A DNA stretch of 63,061 nucleotides, the filler included, from Platydemus manokwari (taxonomy: Eukaryota), in assembly GCA_037951405.1 (NCBI GenBank). It is 5 parts of 5 records of this genome, joined end to end, with 100 filler letters (N's around TTAATTAATTAA, not from the genome) between each part and the next. Parts side by side here need not be neighbours in the genome. Positions count along the whole stretch, not along the records: positions 38,207 to 53,886 come from JBBMOY011255874.1; 4 more parts are not named here. The stretch is one strand, 5' to 3'. The notes beneath the pieces are model-generated. The model saw only the letters and a list, made by a program, of their open reading frames with translations, was not told where the DNA came from and searched no databases. Below, in pieces: positions 40,064 to 53,400 of the stretch (positions within the stretch are counted from its first letter, which is position 1; each line of letters opens with the position of its first letter). A program made the translations under genes and the position numbers.

Positions 40064-41339
40064 TACGAAACAAAAGTTTGAAAAACAATAATGAAACTAA
40101 ATCAATATGAAGAAACAAACATTGTTTTTTTAATAAAAATTATTTTTGAAATTTTTAAATAGTTTGTTTTTGCAAAAGATAAATAATTTTTACCGATATA
40201 AATAAGATGCAAATAGAATAATGTTCTGAAAATTATTTTATATTTTATTCATATTTTAATAATTATTTAACTTTAGAAATCGAAATCGATTAGCTTCAAA
40301 CTGTGTTTACTACTTAAATAATTTTTGTAAATAATTTTAAAAATGCAAATATAAATTTTGATGTAACTGTTTGAATAAAAAATTTATGATGGAATAATCT
40401 ATCAACTTTTGCAATTTTCCTCGAGTTTTATTAAAGACTCAGAATTAAATATTTTCAATCCTTAACAATATGTCAATTCATGTGTCGATAAATTATCCAA
40501 CTTTGTGTTTAAATTGACGGGATATCTAAAAGTTAAAACAGCTACGTGAATATTACTATTTTTGTAATTATTGGATAAGTTCTGATATCGTGATTTTAAT
40601 GTTTTCTATATAGTCATCTAATAAGCTGCCAATAATCATAGAGGTCTGAAAATTTATTTCTTGTACAACCATTTCTTGTACCATTACATTATTCTAACTT
40701 TAAATTACGAAATAATTTACTTAACTAAAAACTCAATATAAATATTTGGATGAAAACTAAAATTGTTTTGTTATTTAAAGATTCCGTACGTAAACCTTGA
40801 TAACTTGAAAATTTATGCAACTATTATAGAACGATTCCATGATTAATCAACCCATCAATCAACCCCACAATGAATCTTCTCCACAGATTAAGTCTCATAT
40901 ACAGCTAATATCTAATTTAAACTCCTCAGTCAAGCAGAGTTTAGGGCAAAATGAAGATGAAGAAATGATAAAATACACTTAAAAACATAACAACAAATAA
41001 ATTAATTACTCACTGGACTTCGAGTCAAGGTGAAAAACCAAACTAAACGCGATCAATAACAATCTATTTTGAGCTGCAACATTATGTGTACAAAAAGTAC
41101 ACACCATCAATACTAGGTAAAGTCAAAATAACGAATTTTTCATGGACGACATACAATTTTAGATTTCCATGAATATTTTACTGTATTCGCATAAACTCTA
41201 GTCATCCTTGTTGAGATAGATGACATCCAGAAGCCTAAACAAACGTTATTCGTTCAAAAACTGATTCATTATAGCCAATTACTTTTTACAATCTTAGCAT
41301 ATTTGGTTGTCGCTATTATTCATTTAATTTATATATAAT

Positions 41340-41850
41340 TTATTAAATCAATCGTTGTTATTTTTTAATTTGGTTTTCATTCAAAGCTTTCTTAATCTTC
41401 AGATTATGTTGACATCCACATACTGATTGCACTAGTTAATTTTTGAAACATATGTTGTTTCCTTTTCGTTTTTCTCAAATATATTATTGGTATTTAAATC
41501 ACATTAATTTAGATTTACAACATAGAGAACTATCATGAATCATAAATCGGCCTCTTCTAAATAAGTATCATCATTTGAAGATTTCATTTCAAGTATTCTT
41601 CAATTGTCAAAATAGATACATAAAATGTTCCCCCACCTAAATCAAAGACCAGATCATTTTGTTCAGTTCCTACTTTCTTATCCAACCCATTCGCAATTGA
41701 AGTAACGGTGGGTTGACATTCAATCCACTTATTTCACCGGAATCTTTTGTTGCTTGTATTTCATTATCATTGTAATAAACAGGTATACTCATTATTGCAT
41801 CTTTTACGGTTTCTCTAAATATGCTTCAAATATTTCTTCATTTTTTTCTT
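41340..41850 (-). pseudogene. HSP70 pseudogene fragment (ATPase domain)
   Basis: Reads, with frameshifts, KMK.IFEAYL / [33 protein letters not shown] / [13 protein letters not shown] / [14 protein letters not shown] / [11 protein letters not shown] / DTYLEE, co-linear with HSP70 [26 protein letters not shown]...[15 protein letters not shown]. Confidence 0.8.
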
Positions 41851-44012
41851 CTGATAAGATTGTTTTATTATCACCCCTACATTATTGAGTGACTTTCTGG
41901 ATCTTCTCCTCAATCTTCTGGAGAAAGTAATATTCAATAACCAACGGCATGGATTGGCAGCATGTTTGGGTCCAGACATTTCTGATTCTTTGAGGACTAG
42001 CTCTTATTTAGAACATACATGGGATTAAAATAACTAATATTTTGTGTCTTTCTATGAATATTCCACGTAAAATTTTGGAATATTTCAAACTGCTGGGATT
42101 TCATAACCTAACTAAATTCAGTAAAATCAATTTTTACCCACCCTATTATGCTTTTGCATTTGATCAAGATTTTCCAATTTTTTCTGATATGGCTAATTTT
42201 TATTTAAAATTGTATAAAGGATACTGCCGAAAGGATGACGGGCTTAATCATGCTCCCAGTTCCAGGCGAAACTCGAGCAAAATTTTTTTAGAAAAAGTTG
42301 AAATTTTAAACTTATCTCACAGTGCAAGCCTCGGTATAGAAGGCATCAATGTTCCCTTAATAATAAGTAAGTAAGTCTGCAACGATAATGAGTCAAATTA
42401 TGCTCATAGTCCCATCGAAAACTCACATAAGGAAGGTTATTCCATCAATAATAACCATTCCGGGCCCTCTAAGTCAAGCTCTCGGTCTGAAAAATGGTTA
42501 CTCAACGATCAAATATCCCCAATACGATCTTAAATATATCATTAGAACTCAGACAATTCGATAACAATCAATATAAACGCAAACGATTATAAGAATGGAA
42601 TGCCGGACGTTTCCAAACTTAATAAAAGCGATTGTAAAAGTGACCGACTCTTAAGCCCCAGTCTCGTAAACCGAAGATAACAATATGACTGAATCATATT
42701 CTCCGGTCAAAGAGACCGACTCTAAAAAAATTCAAATGAGATGAACCCACTGGATGAGAGTCAAAACCTGTAGCTACAAAAGGATATCAAAGTTGAATTC
42801 CAAGAAGTCAAACTCCCAACAGAGATCAAAGATAATAGTGAACCGATCCCAAACAATATTGACTTAAATGAGACCACCGAAATTACCAACGCAAATAGTG
42901 CGAAAAAAATCTTCGGTTAAGTCAACGTTGCAAAAGACCGACTATCGTCCGATGGCAGACATTACCATTCAACACGCCGAGAACTTCAAATGATTCGATC
43001 AAGAAATCGAGGCAAAATAACGACCCTGCTTTGAACCATCGAAACATATCACACAAGATTCGCCAACTATCCAATCTGAGATCAAAGGGAAGACTAAGAC
43101 TATGGGAAACTAAGCGAATCTCTGACAATAGTTCTTCTCAGTCAAAGAACAGTTCAAAGTTAAAATCACCGAAACTCGATGACATTTCCAAGTAAAAAAA
43201 ACAATCTGAGGAAATAAAGGCTGGGAAACTTATAATGACCAAGAGGTTTGGGTAAAGAAACAAACATCTCTACCCACCCGATGACTATGACTCTGGCGAT
43301 AGCCACGAGAGTGGTGACAGTTCCAGAGACTATGAATAGGATCCTGGTACATATGCCGCTATTGTTAATGAACGAATGAGATTCTACGAGTATTTCAGCA
43401 ACAAATCAATAGACTATCTTTTATATTTAGAGTTGATGACGAGAGAAATATTATGCCAGGTTTATCTGACTAACTCGCTAAGCAATGTATATAAATAGTA
43501 ATTATTAATTGTTGTTTGTTGTCTTTCTTTATTTGAGTTTTATATTTTAATATTGTTTGCCATTACATAGCCATTTTTTCTTCCTTTTTATGATCTGTTA
43601 AAATGAATTTAAATTTGTTTATTATCATGAATTTTTCATTCAGCTCATGCCCCCCTCATATGTATAGCTAGTTAATACATTCTGGAAATTTAAAATTAAA
43701 TTTAAACTTCAGTTGATGGGTTTTTTGTCAAAAGATTGAAATGAGTTCAATAATTTAATTAAATAATTTTCATACGAAAGGTTTATAAGGAGATTGAATG
43801 TTTTAATTAATTGAGAGCCTCAGCAAGTTTATTTTGCGTAATCAACTTTTACAGTGTTAAAGCATTAGAGCGATATGGTATCATTAATAGAACAGAATAT
43901 GATAATAATAATGATCATAACTCAAAATAATAATATTATAATAGAATCAGCTTATAAAAATAATACGAAAAAACTTATTTTATTTTATCAAGGTTAATTA
44001 TTAGAAAGATCT

Positions 44013-46665
44013 TTATAAATCCAAATTCATGTAATGGCCGAATAAATCTGGATAATTGAATATTTCCAGGAAAGATATTTTGAAGTGCTTAGCAAAACCA
44101 TTCAGAGAAGTGGATTGAATAAGCTTGTAAGTTAATTCGCTGCAAATTTTCTACAACAACAATTTCAAATAGATAATTTAAATAAAGAGATGTTAAAATG
44201 GCTTACTTTAGTTGCTTCAGACGTATTGATAGTTTCAATAGTCTTGAAATTATGACGCTTAGCTAAATCAATGGTATATTTTTCGATAAAATATAGCAGT
44301 TGAATTGCAGAGGAGCTTTTCAAACCATTTGACAAAGCAACAATCAATACACAGAGTTTCGGAATTCTCAACTGATGCATTGTCCGGGGTTTGCAATAAT
44401 ACAAAAAACCTTGCAAAATATTTTCGGGATTGACTTCAAAATGTTCGTCTTCATTTTCCAGCATATAATTTGAACAGTCTTCTGACAACTGTACAGCCAG
44501 AATAGCATTAGATTTTAAATCTCTAATGCAAAACGAACAACGACTTTGTAATGCCCAATCATAGATCTCAGATACTACATCAACAAATACCTGAACCGAA
44601 ACATTAAGATATTTCACGAGAAGATCTTTAGTATAAAAATTCTTGACCAAAAATCCAATAATCTCATCTTTATATTCGCCCTCAATCGGTTCCACGATGA
44701 AATTATTGTTGATGAATTCAGTCAAGCTTTTTCTGGGGTGAATGTTACACACTGATGTCGATTGTAGTAAAATGGAATCGATTATGTCTCCAATAATGAA
44801 ATTATACAGAAAGACTTCTGTAGTACAAAAGAAACCCTTCCTATTAAGATCGGCAATGCAAATAACAATCGCTATTGAATCGCCTCCGATTTCGTAAAAA
44901 TTTGTCGACTCAGTTATATCATCACAATACTTAGCTAAATGTCGGACCAAAATGTGAAATATTAATTTTCGATTGGAAATTGAATCCGGAAATAAAGTTT
45001 CATCCAAATTAGCTTTTTGGAAGTCTTTGGTCAATCTTGAACGATTTTTTAAGGGTTTCGATTTCGTTTCTATAATTTTATTATTGAAAATAATCTTCGA
45101 TGCAATTGATGATAACAACTTTCTGTCGGGTTTCATTGACTGAGACTGCATTGGAATGCTGTCGATATATTCCAATCGGGGAAGAATGATTCCTGGTAAA
45201 GTTCTCAATAGATTATTTATAATCTCATTTTTTGCTTGGATTTTATTAATATTTTTATTTTTTAGAGACACAAACGAAACCAAATGGCTTTTGTCGTCGT
45301 TCATCAAATGAACAGTGAAGCAGTTTTCAACACCACAATGAAGCATCACCGCAGCAGTTACATCCTTCATGAAGACTTTCTTTCCATTTATTTTAACCAT
45401 GTCATCCATTCTTCCACAAATATATAATTTTTTATCATCGATAAAGCCAACATCTCCCGTTTCAAAAGAATGCCCACAATTCGGAGAAACATTTTCCCCA
45501 ACGACAATTACTTCTCCTTCATTTTCCAAGTCAGAACTGATTAATATCTTATTGTTTGATATTGGCAATCCAACCGACAAGAAGCCATTCTTTGAATGTT
45601 TATCTACATCCTCTAAAGTCATTAATATTTCACAACATACATCGCCACACACTTCAGTAGAGCCATATAGGTTCACCAGTCGGCAATTATTAATATTAAA
45701 ATCTTCAAAAAACCGCTTTGCAACTCGTGGAAATAGCATTTCTCCACTGGCGACGACAGTGGAAAGCGTAATCAAAGAATCCACTATCTCGGGGTTAACA
45801 TTAATTTGATTCATCCACTTTTGTAAAAGCGATGGAACTGTCAATAACCATGTTACCTTATATGTCTCTATTATTTTTGATAAATATATCATATCGCATG
45901 ATTGCACGGGGGAAACTATGACCATAGTTGCACCAGACAGCAAAGAACTCAAACATTCGACAATGTTATCGACAAACATGAAGTTTGTTCGATGACAAAT
46001 GACTTCATTGGTTTTATACGGAAGGTAACGCCATTGCCAAAATAAGCGGTTAAATATCTGACAGTTCGTCAAAGTCAAAACTTTTGGTGTACCAGAACTG
46101 CCTGATGTGGTTAAAATGACTACTGGATTATCTCGGGAATGAGGAACTAAGCGTTCATGATTTAAAATATTAGGACAGAAAATCCAATCAGAATTGACTA
46201 ATAAACTTTTCACTGGCATAACTTCAACTTCATTTTCTGTCTCAGAATCAAGTATAAGATCAATAAACGAGTTGTCGTGAATAATAAGAGATATGTTACA
46301 GCTTCTAATCATTTGTTTTAATTGGTCACTGTTTAAGCTGGTGGAAACCGGAACAATAACCAAACCGAGTTTGAGACAGGACAAAATTGTTATCAGTCGT
46401 TTGAAACCTTCATCTAAGAAAATGCCAACGTGGAAGTATTTCCAGTTCTTTTCGTTGGAATTGAAGAATTTCAATATATTTCTCGCAACGGTATTTGCCT
46501 GATTATTTAAGTCGTAAAATGTTATGCGACAATCATTATGAATAGCTGCGATATCATTTTCTTGGCCACTGGCTTTGGAATTCAGACAATGCATCTCGAA
46601 ATATGAGGCCAAATTATGACATTGATCGAATCGTTCAACTTTGCCAAACGAATATTGAGAATTAT
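44013..46665 (-). CDS. nrps: Ebony-like stand-alone non-ribosomal peptide synthetase (adenylation - thiolation - AANAT-like amine-selecting domain); putative beta-alanyl-monoamine synthetase
   Basis: Large exon 46665-44207, 56-nt intron, last exon 44150-44013 (KICSEL...HYMNLDL*). A-domain cores: TTSGSSGTPK, FVD, SGE, NLYGSTE, ETGD, GRMDDMVKING, KPDRKLL. Carrier domain NFYEIGGDSI (phosphopantetheinyl Ser). C-terminal domain with NFYTKDLL and NTSEATK (Ebony SFYxKADL, NTSPLTQ). True start codon unresolved. Confidence 0.9.
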
Positions 46666-47553
46666 CTACAAAAACAACCTTTATTAAGCATTAGAAAATT
46701 ATAAAATATAAAAAATGAATCTCCTTTTTGATTAAAACAATAAAAATGATTATTTCTTTCATGAATTGATTTATTAAAACAAATTTTGAAATAATTTCCT
46801 CTTTCAAGCGGGAAAACCACACTTCTTAAATGATATAAATACATTAATTTACTTGGTAAATTAGAAAAACAAGAAAATATAAAATACAGACGGCTGAACA
46901 GCAATATTTTAAGTATTCTTTTAAGCATTTCATTTTGTATCGATTATATTTTTTTAATTTCACTTGTAAAGTATTTTCTCCTTTTGGAAACCGCAGAAAA
47001 TTAGATATTTCATTGAACTCATACCGATACCGTCTCCGATAGATATCTACAATCTTCGTTATTTACTTATATTCCATTTCTGTAAGCATAAAACTTGATT
47101 TTAAAAATAATTTGACCGATAATTTTTCGAGAGGTTCGTCTGCTCTAAGAGTGGATATTAATTAATCAATGAGATCATTTTATTCATTCTCTGTATTTGT
47201 TTGTTATGAATTTAATTGAATAAAAAATATTTTTAAATTCACCTTCTCAGACGCGTTGGCCGTCATTTATTGGCTCAGATCATTTTTGCAGTTTTCGATA
47301 ATTCAAGTTATTCCATGACACTCATAAGAAACTTTAGCCTATTTGATTGATTAATTAAAAATTCCAAAAATCATTTTTGGACCTTACGAAAAATGAAATC
47401 AATAATTGTCTTTTTGGTTTCGCTCATACATGTGTATTGGGGTGGGGAGGGGGTTAAGAAAACAATTTTTAATAAAGAAACAGTACCGTACTTCAAGAGA
47501 TTTTGCATATTCGTATAAATATTTTAAAAATATGGATGACACTATTAGATATA

Positions 47554-47610
47554 CAAGGTGATCCAAAAGTAGGTTTACAGATATTAAAGTATGTGTGCCA
47601 GAATGTTAGA
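47554..47610. mobile_element. Truncated left end of the Tc1/mariner MITE seen at 26295
   Basis: TA-CAAGGTGATCCAAAAGTAGGTTTACAGATATTAAAGTATGTGTGCCAGAATGTT matches the start of 26295-26517. Confidence 0.65.
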
Positions 47611-50189
47611 ATATATATAATAAACATCTTTTTTTACACAAACAAATAAATACAAAATTTTGGAAAAAAATAAAATAGCCAAAGTAATTTCAAGAAACAA
47701 TCCAATGGCAAAACACGGTTTATGATTCGTCACGAACAAATAAAGATATTTCAAACATTTCCTATCAATTGTGATATAATTAAATCATAAACTTGATTGA
47801 AAAAATTTAATTCTCAAAGAAGTACTCTTCACCTTTTCATATATCGATCTCTCGCAAGAAATTGTTCTTTTAATCACTACATCTGTTCAATTTGCTCTAG
47901 CAGATTTGTAGTGATTTTCATTAAGAGCTCCTACTAATCTAGAGGCATTTTGGGGTTATATGAATTTATTAAAACAACTTCGAAAAAATGAATTTTTTTT
48001 CGTTCAGATAATTTGTGAAGTACATAGAAAAACCAAATTATTAATATAAAATATCAAAATTAATATTAATCACAGCACATGGAGTTAATAAAGAAAATTT
48101 GTAACGATTTATTCAAGAACATTTATCATTGAAATTCATTGTTAGATTATTTGAAGTAATGTTAACACGCTTTCCTTTTTTAAATATTTTATTTATTTAA
48201 TATGGATTTATATTTTTATATATTTTGTTTACTCAACATTTATTTTTTCCCTCAGCACATGAATCAACTAATTAATTGGTACAAAATTCATCGGACATTG
48301 AATCAATCCAGATAAAATCCCGATATTATTTTATAACTATTCCATACATTACCAGTTGTACTTATTATCCTGAAGAAAAGAAGGGAAAGTTTTTTATTCG
48401 TTTACATATTTTAAATAAATCGACAGAGTGCTTACGGTGATTACTGAATGACTACTTGAATAAAATATTGTTAATCTCATAAAATTTTAACTATATACAG
48501 CATGAATACTATTCACAAATCTAATGGAAAAATTGCTTGAAAAACCTTTTAAACCCCCCCCACAATTTCATTTTATATCAATTTATTATTAAAATCCCAA
48601 AATATTAGCTTTTATCGGCCAAGACATTTGTTGGGAATTACGTTATCTTATATTATTTGAATAAAAATGGATTTCATAATTTCACAAATATATTGGATGA
48701 ATAGTCATTAATAAAACTTCCTATAAATAGTTAATCATTAATTTAACTTCCCCTTTAAAACTAGCAACCTATTTATGATGAGAATTAATCATTGCAATTT
48801 CTGGTCTTTTGAATTTACCAAGACACTATACCAGATGAAAATCATAGATGAAAATTATCAATCAAACAATGCACTCAATTAAAGTTCAAAGCTTACACCA
48901 AATGATAAATACGAACGCATTAGGATTTGCGAAAATAGAAGGGCGGGTTGTAATGGGTTTATTTGATTTGGCTATCTATTAATTATAAATGGAAACTTTT
49001 TTAAAAAAACCATAAGATCAAATGAAGCATCAATAGTTACTGGGTTTTTCAAAACAAATTTAAATACACTTAAAAAATATTTATAATATCATTTTGAACT
49101 TTTATTTCTTCTGCCTAAAATGAAAATAAATATTTTAAATAAATAAAATTTTTAACAATTGAAAATAAACTTTTGATATCAAATCGCACTTATAAATTAT
49201 ATAGTTTAATATATTGTCAATTACCGAATTAATCAAGTGATGAGCACCTATCTATCATCAAATGACTCTGAAGTTGAAAAACACATCTTAATATGCATCT
49301 TCTATAGATCTTATAAAAAAATAAAACTCTAAACAAAATTATTGATAAAATTATTTTATTAATACCTCTATTTATAAAAAGAAATTAAAATTAGCATGCA
49401 CTTCATAAATAATTTATTGTTTTTAGCCTAAACACTATAACCAGTTAGCCGTCAAAATGATTTATACACAACATATTTCATGGTTTTAAATAATTATTAT
49501 AAATCTATATCTATTCGATTTCATATTGATTTTTATTATCACATACAACTACATCAAATTTAAGTTGCTAAACCAGGCTTAGGTCAGTTGGTGGGATGAA
49601 ATAATCATTATACATTCAATCGAATTAAATTCTGATATATTTTGCAAGTATTTATGCTATGGTTGTATTTTCCGGGATTATTTATTCATTTTGTATATAA
49701 TTCGATTTAATTTTATTTTGTAACATAGTTTTTTAGATTTATAAAAATTAAATGACACTCAACATGTTGTGTAGGCTTATATTTATATTTCTAGTCTCAG
49801 TATGAGACGTTATAATGTCATAAAAGAAGTTATGAAAGTAAAGGACAAAAATATTTATTTCGGTTGAATTAGATGATTGAATTTCTTTATGAATTAAGGT
49901 GGTATAATGAACTAAATAATGCTATATGGTTTATTTATGAAAAGGCGGTAGAATGTATTCACGTATGTTAGCGACAAATAATTCATTAAATGCGCACTGA
50001 ACACATTTTTGAGTAATCAACATAAAAGGTGCATTAAATTACAATATTTAAACAAATTATCGGTTTTTAATATTCTATATTTAATTTGTTAAGAATCAAA
50101 TATTAAAACTTTAAAGATTAATTGATTTATTTTCATAGATACACAATTAATCGCTTATATTTGGAAGCTGTGCTGATTAGAATTCTGGT

Positions 50190-50470
50190 GAGCACTCATT
50201 TACCAATCATGGACTAGTATCTATTCACAGTGTGTCACTCTAACACAAAACTGCATTCATCATTGTAAATTATCTCCACGGTTTTATAATTTTCATCAAA
50301 AAATTGATCCACATACATTTCATTGAGTTCTCTCAAATTCTAACCTCCTCTTAATTGAGACTGGGTCAGATTTATACATCAATCTTTGTTCAAAATTTTG
50401 GAAGTTAAGGCACTCTTATTCTCAAACCATGTCTCTTATCCAACTCTCATAGTAAATGGATATTTTACAA
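50190..50470 (-). mobile_element. Decayed Tc1/mariner-superfamily transposase fragment
   Basis: KRRLEF...IIYNDECSFVLE*HTVNR resembles the first catalytic-Asp region IxFSDExxFxLxGxVN. Confidence 0.45.
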
Positions 50471-53400
50471 ACGTATCGATTAATGTAATATTTGGATCAA
50501 CTCAATCTGGTTCATAAAGTTTGTTATCAAATACCAGTTGTATATCCTCGTTATCCTTCTTATAAAGTTATCCTTATCTCGTAAGGAACATTTATAAATG
50601 AATTTTGGATACATAACTTTTCAATTTCCTAACAAATTCTAATAATTTTCTTCCCAGTGTAGTGTCGATATTTTTTATGCTAAATATTCATTTAAAAAAC
50701 TAAGTTACTATCCTAATAATTAATAATTTTCATAGCGGGAATATATGTCATGATATCGGTAAAAGATTTTGGAAATATTTTTGGAAGTTTTTAAAGAAAA
50801 CTATGAATATATTGCTTGTCCATTTTTTATTTGAAGAGATTGAGAAGAAATACTGAGAATTGTTTTTGTGAATTTTTAAGATTGCGAAAAAAATTAATTT
50901 TGTCTAAAATCTTTTTAATTCGTATTTAAAATTTCAGTATTGATTTTATTTCAACTTTGGTTAAAACAACAATACAAACTGTTCTTTACAATAAATAACG
51001 CAAATTCCATAAATACATTTTTATACCTCTAATATATTTTTCAATTCCATATTTTGCGAAAATTGGGTTTAGAAAGCTAGTCTGGATTCGAAAAGTATGG
51101 ATTGAGTATTGATAGGCAGAATTTTTATAGGAATTTTCATCAGTAGACACATACACACTTTTTGTCGTAATTATAAGTCCTCTGAAAACTGCTTTAATTT
51201 CGTTGTTGTCTAATATTTACTAACACATAATGCCAATAATTCCTAATCTAATCAAAGTCAAATTAAGCTTGGTAAATTTAGAATAAGAAAATATTATCCA
51301 ATGACAGTTCAGTATTTAACAATATTAAAAAAGACAAAGAATTAAATATACTTTCCAATCTCATATTAATTGGATAAATATTGTTAAATGGATTTAGATA
51401 CAAACATGAAGAATTAAGTAAATCTAATTGGATAAAAATATTAATGCAGACTCAAGATTTCAAACACTATCAATAATACTTTTATATATTATTTGATTTG
51501 TAAATTTTTATGTGCGGTGTTTATCTAAATAAATTAACCAGTCAAGGATCATTTAGAATTACAAAAATATGAATGCCATCCATTGAAATAAAAGCAAGAT
51601 GTTGGATAAAAACGCCTACCAAGGAAGCAGATAAAACTTATTCAAAATATCTGGATCCAAAGTCACAAAAATTTAAAAACCGAAACAGCTATGATTTGAT
51701 ATAAATGGTTTTTTAAATCATTTTAATCATTCCAAAATTAATGACTTCAAAAGTTATTAAATGATTAAACTGATATTTAAATAATGGTACTAAGAATTGA
51801 GTATCCCATTTAGCTACCTTGTAGATTAAAATTGAGAATCAGAAATGATTTTTAATTAAGTCAGTTGATCTGTACTCTCGATAAATTAGATGTGCTGTAT
51901 ATGCTTTACAACTTACCATAAGTAAAGACTCAAATGAAATATAATTGGCCTTATCAACTAAATATGAAAGACAACAAGTTCAGACAGGCTTAAAATTTTT
52001 TGAATTATTGATTTTTCTGCAATTTTTCTGACACAATCTTCCTAATCTTGTGACGTTTATTCGTTATATTTGATGACAAAACATCTTGATATAAAAGAAT
52101 TTTATAAAAGTAAATCATTACTTGATCTATCTCGTTTTAATAATTCTACATATTCATCTGTCGTCAATAACAGCATTTAACATGTCACAAACGTCCAATC
52201 ATTATTTGGAAAATATGAAAGATTTGCTTAATATTAAATATATAGCTAATCACACGTCGAACATCTCCAAAGGAAGATCTGCAGAAATTCATTGAATATT
52301 TAAAAATGATTCGCTGTGGAACATCTTGTTACCGTATAATTTTTAAATAGCATATATCTTTCATGTCTGCGAATAAATTTATTGGAATCTAGTGAAATGT
52401 CAGATATTGTTATTGGAATCAGATAAATATGTTAAACCATTTAGGAAACAAATGAAGTCATGATTTAATTTCACGTATATAATTCCTTTATATTCAGAAA
52501 TGTTGCCATGAAATTTCAGAAAATCTCATGCAAAATATTAGAAAATTTTGATTGAACTAATTTTCAGATTTAATAAGCAGCGTATTCAATAATTTATGAC
52601 GACAAAATATAAGTGGAGATTATCAAGGCAAGTCCGCAATAAACGGTTGGTTTTAAATTATGGTTTTGGATTAGTTTCCATTGAAACGTGAATGATTCAC
52701 ATCATTTGTTTTGTTTATTTGGAATGTTATATCAGCGCGATAACTAGTGGATACAAACATCCACAGTGATAATAAATATATTTACAAATCTTAAACCAGT
52801 CATTCAATTATGTCTGATATTAAAAAAATTCTTTTACAAAAATTTTAAAAAAAAACAAAGTGAAACATTGATATGGAAAAGCCAAATATATTCTTCATCA
52901 GATTGGATTGCCTGATATCAAATACTTGAATCAATTAATGATTATTTCCCATCACATTGTTTCCAATTGGCAAATAATTATTTACAATTATTATTGATTT
53001 TTTTTAATAATAAATAATGCAATATCGGTTATTTATCAAGTGGATTTTTGTAGAAATTAAAAATTATTTGAAAATAATTTTATAATATTTAATAACGACA
53101 ATGAAAATGAAACTAAAAATGATAATAATTATAATTAGTAATTAACAATATATTAATAATTCGTGGGATAATTAATATTAACAATAACAAAAAAACAATA
53201 AAATAAATAATTATTGATTTTAGCAATAATAAATAACATTATTATATTATATTATTATTACAGTGATTATCATAATCACAATAACATTATTAATAATATA
53301 AATACTAATGACCTAAAAATTTTAATTATATTCACATTATAATAAATATAATTAATAATATTAGTAACTACATGCATTATTAGAATAGATCAGGGTTGCG

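Noticed and set aside
45369-46502. Plus-strand ORFs of 146 aa and 69 aa, and similar shadow ORFs over the DOCK, bZIP and orphan genes
   Set aside because: Antisense or off-frame shadows of real coding exons.
44013-46665. NRPS as bacterial contamination or recent horizontal transfer
   Set aside because: It has a typical short GT-AG intron, host-like AT content and Ebony-type architecture, and shares a contig with a bZIP gene.
52150-52750. Possible Helitron Rep-helicase N-terminal remnant (FLNI...MTSF)
   Set aside because: Similarity too faint to call without a profile search.
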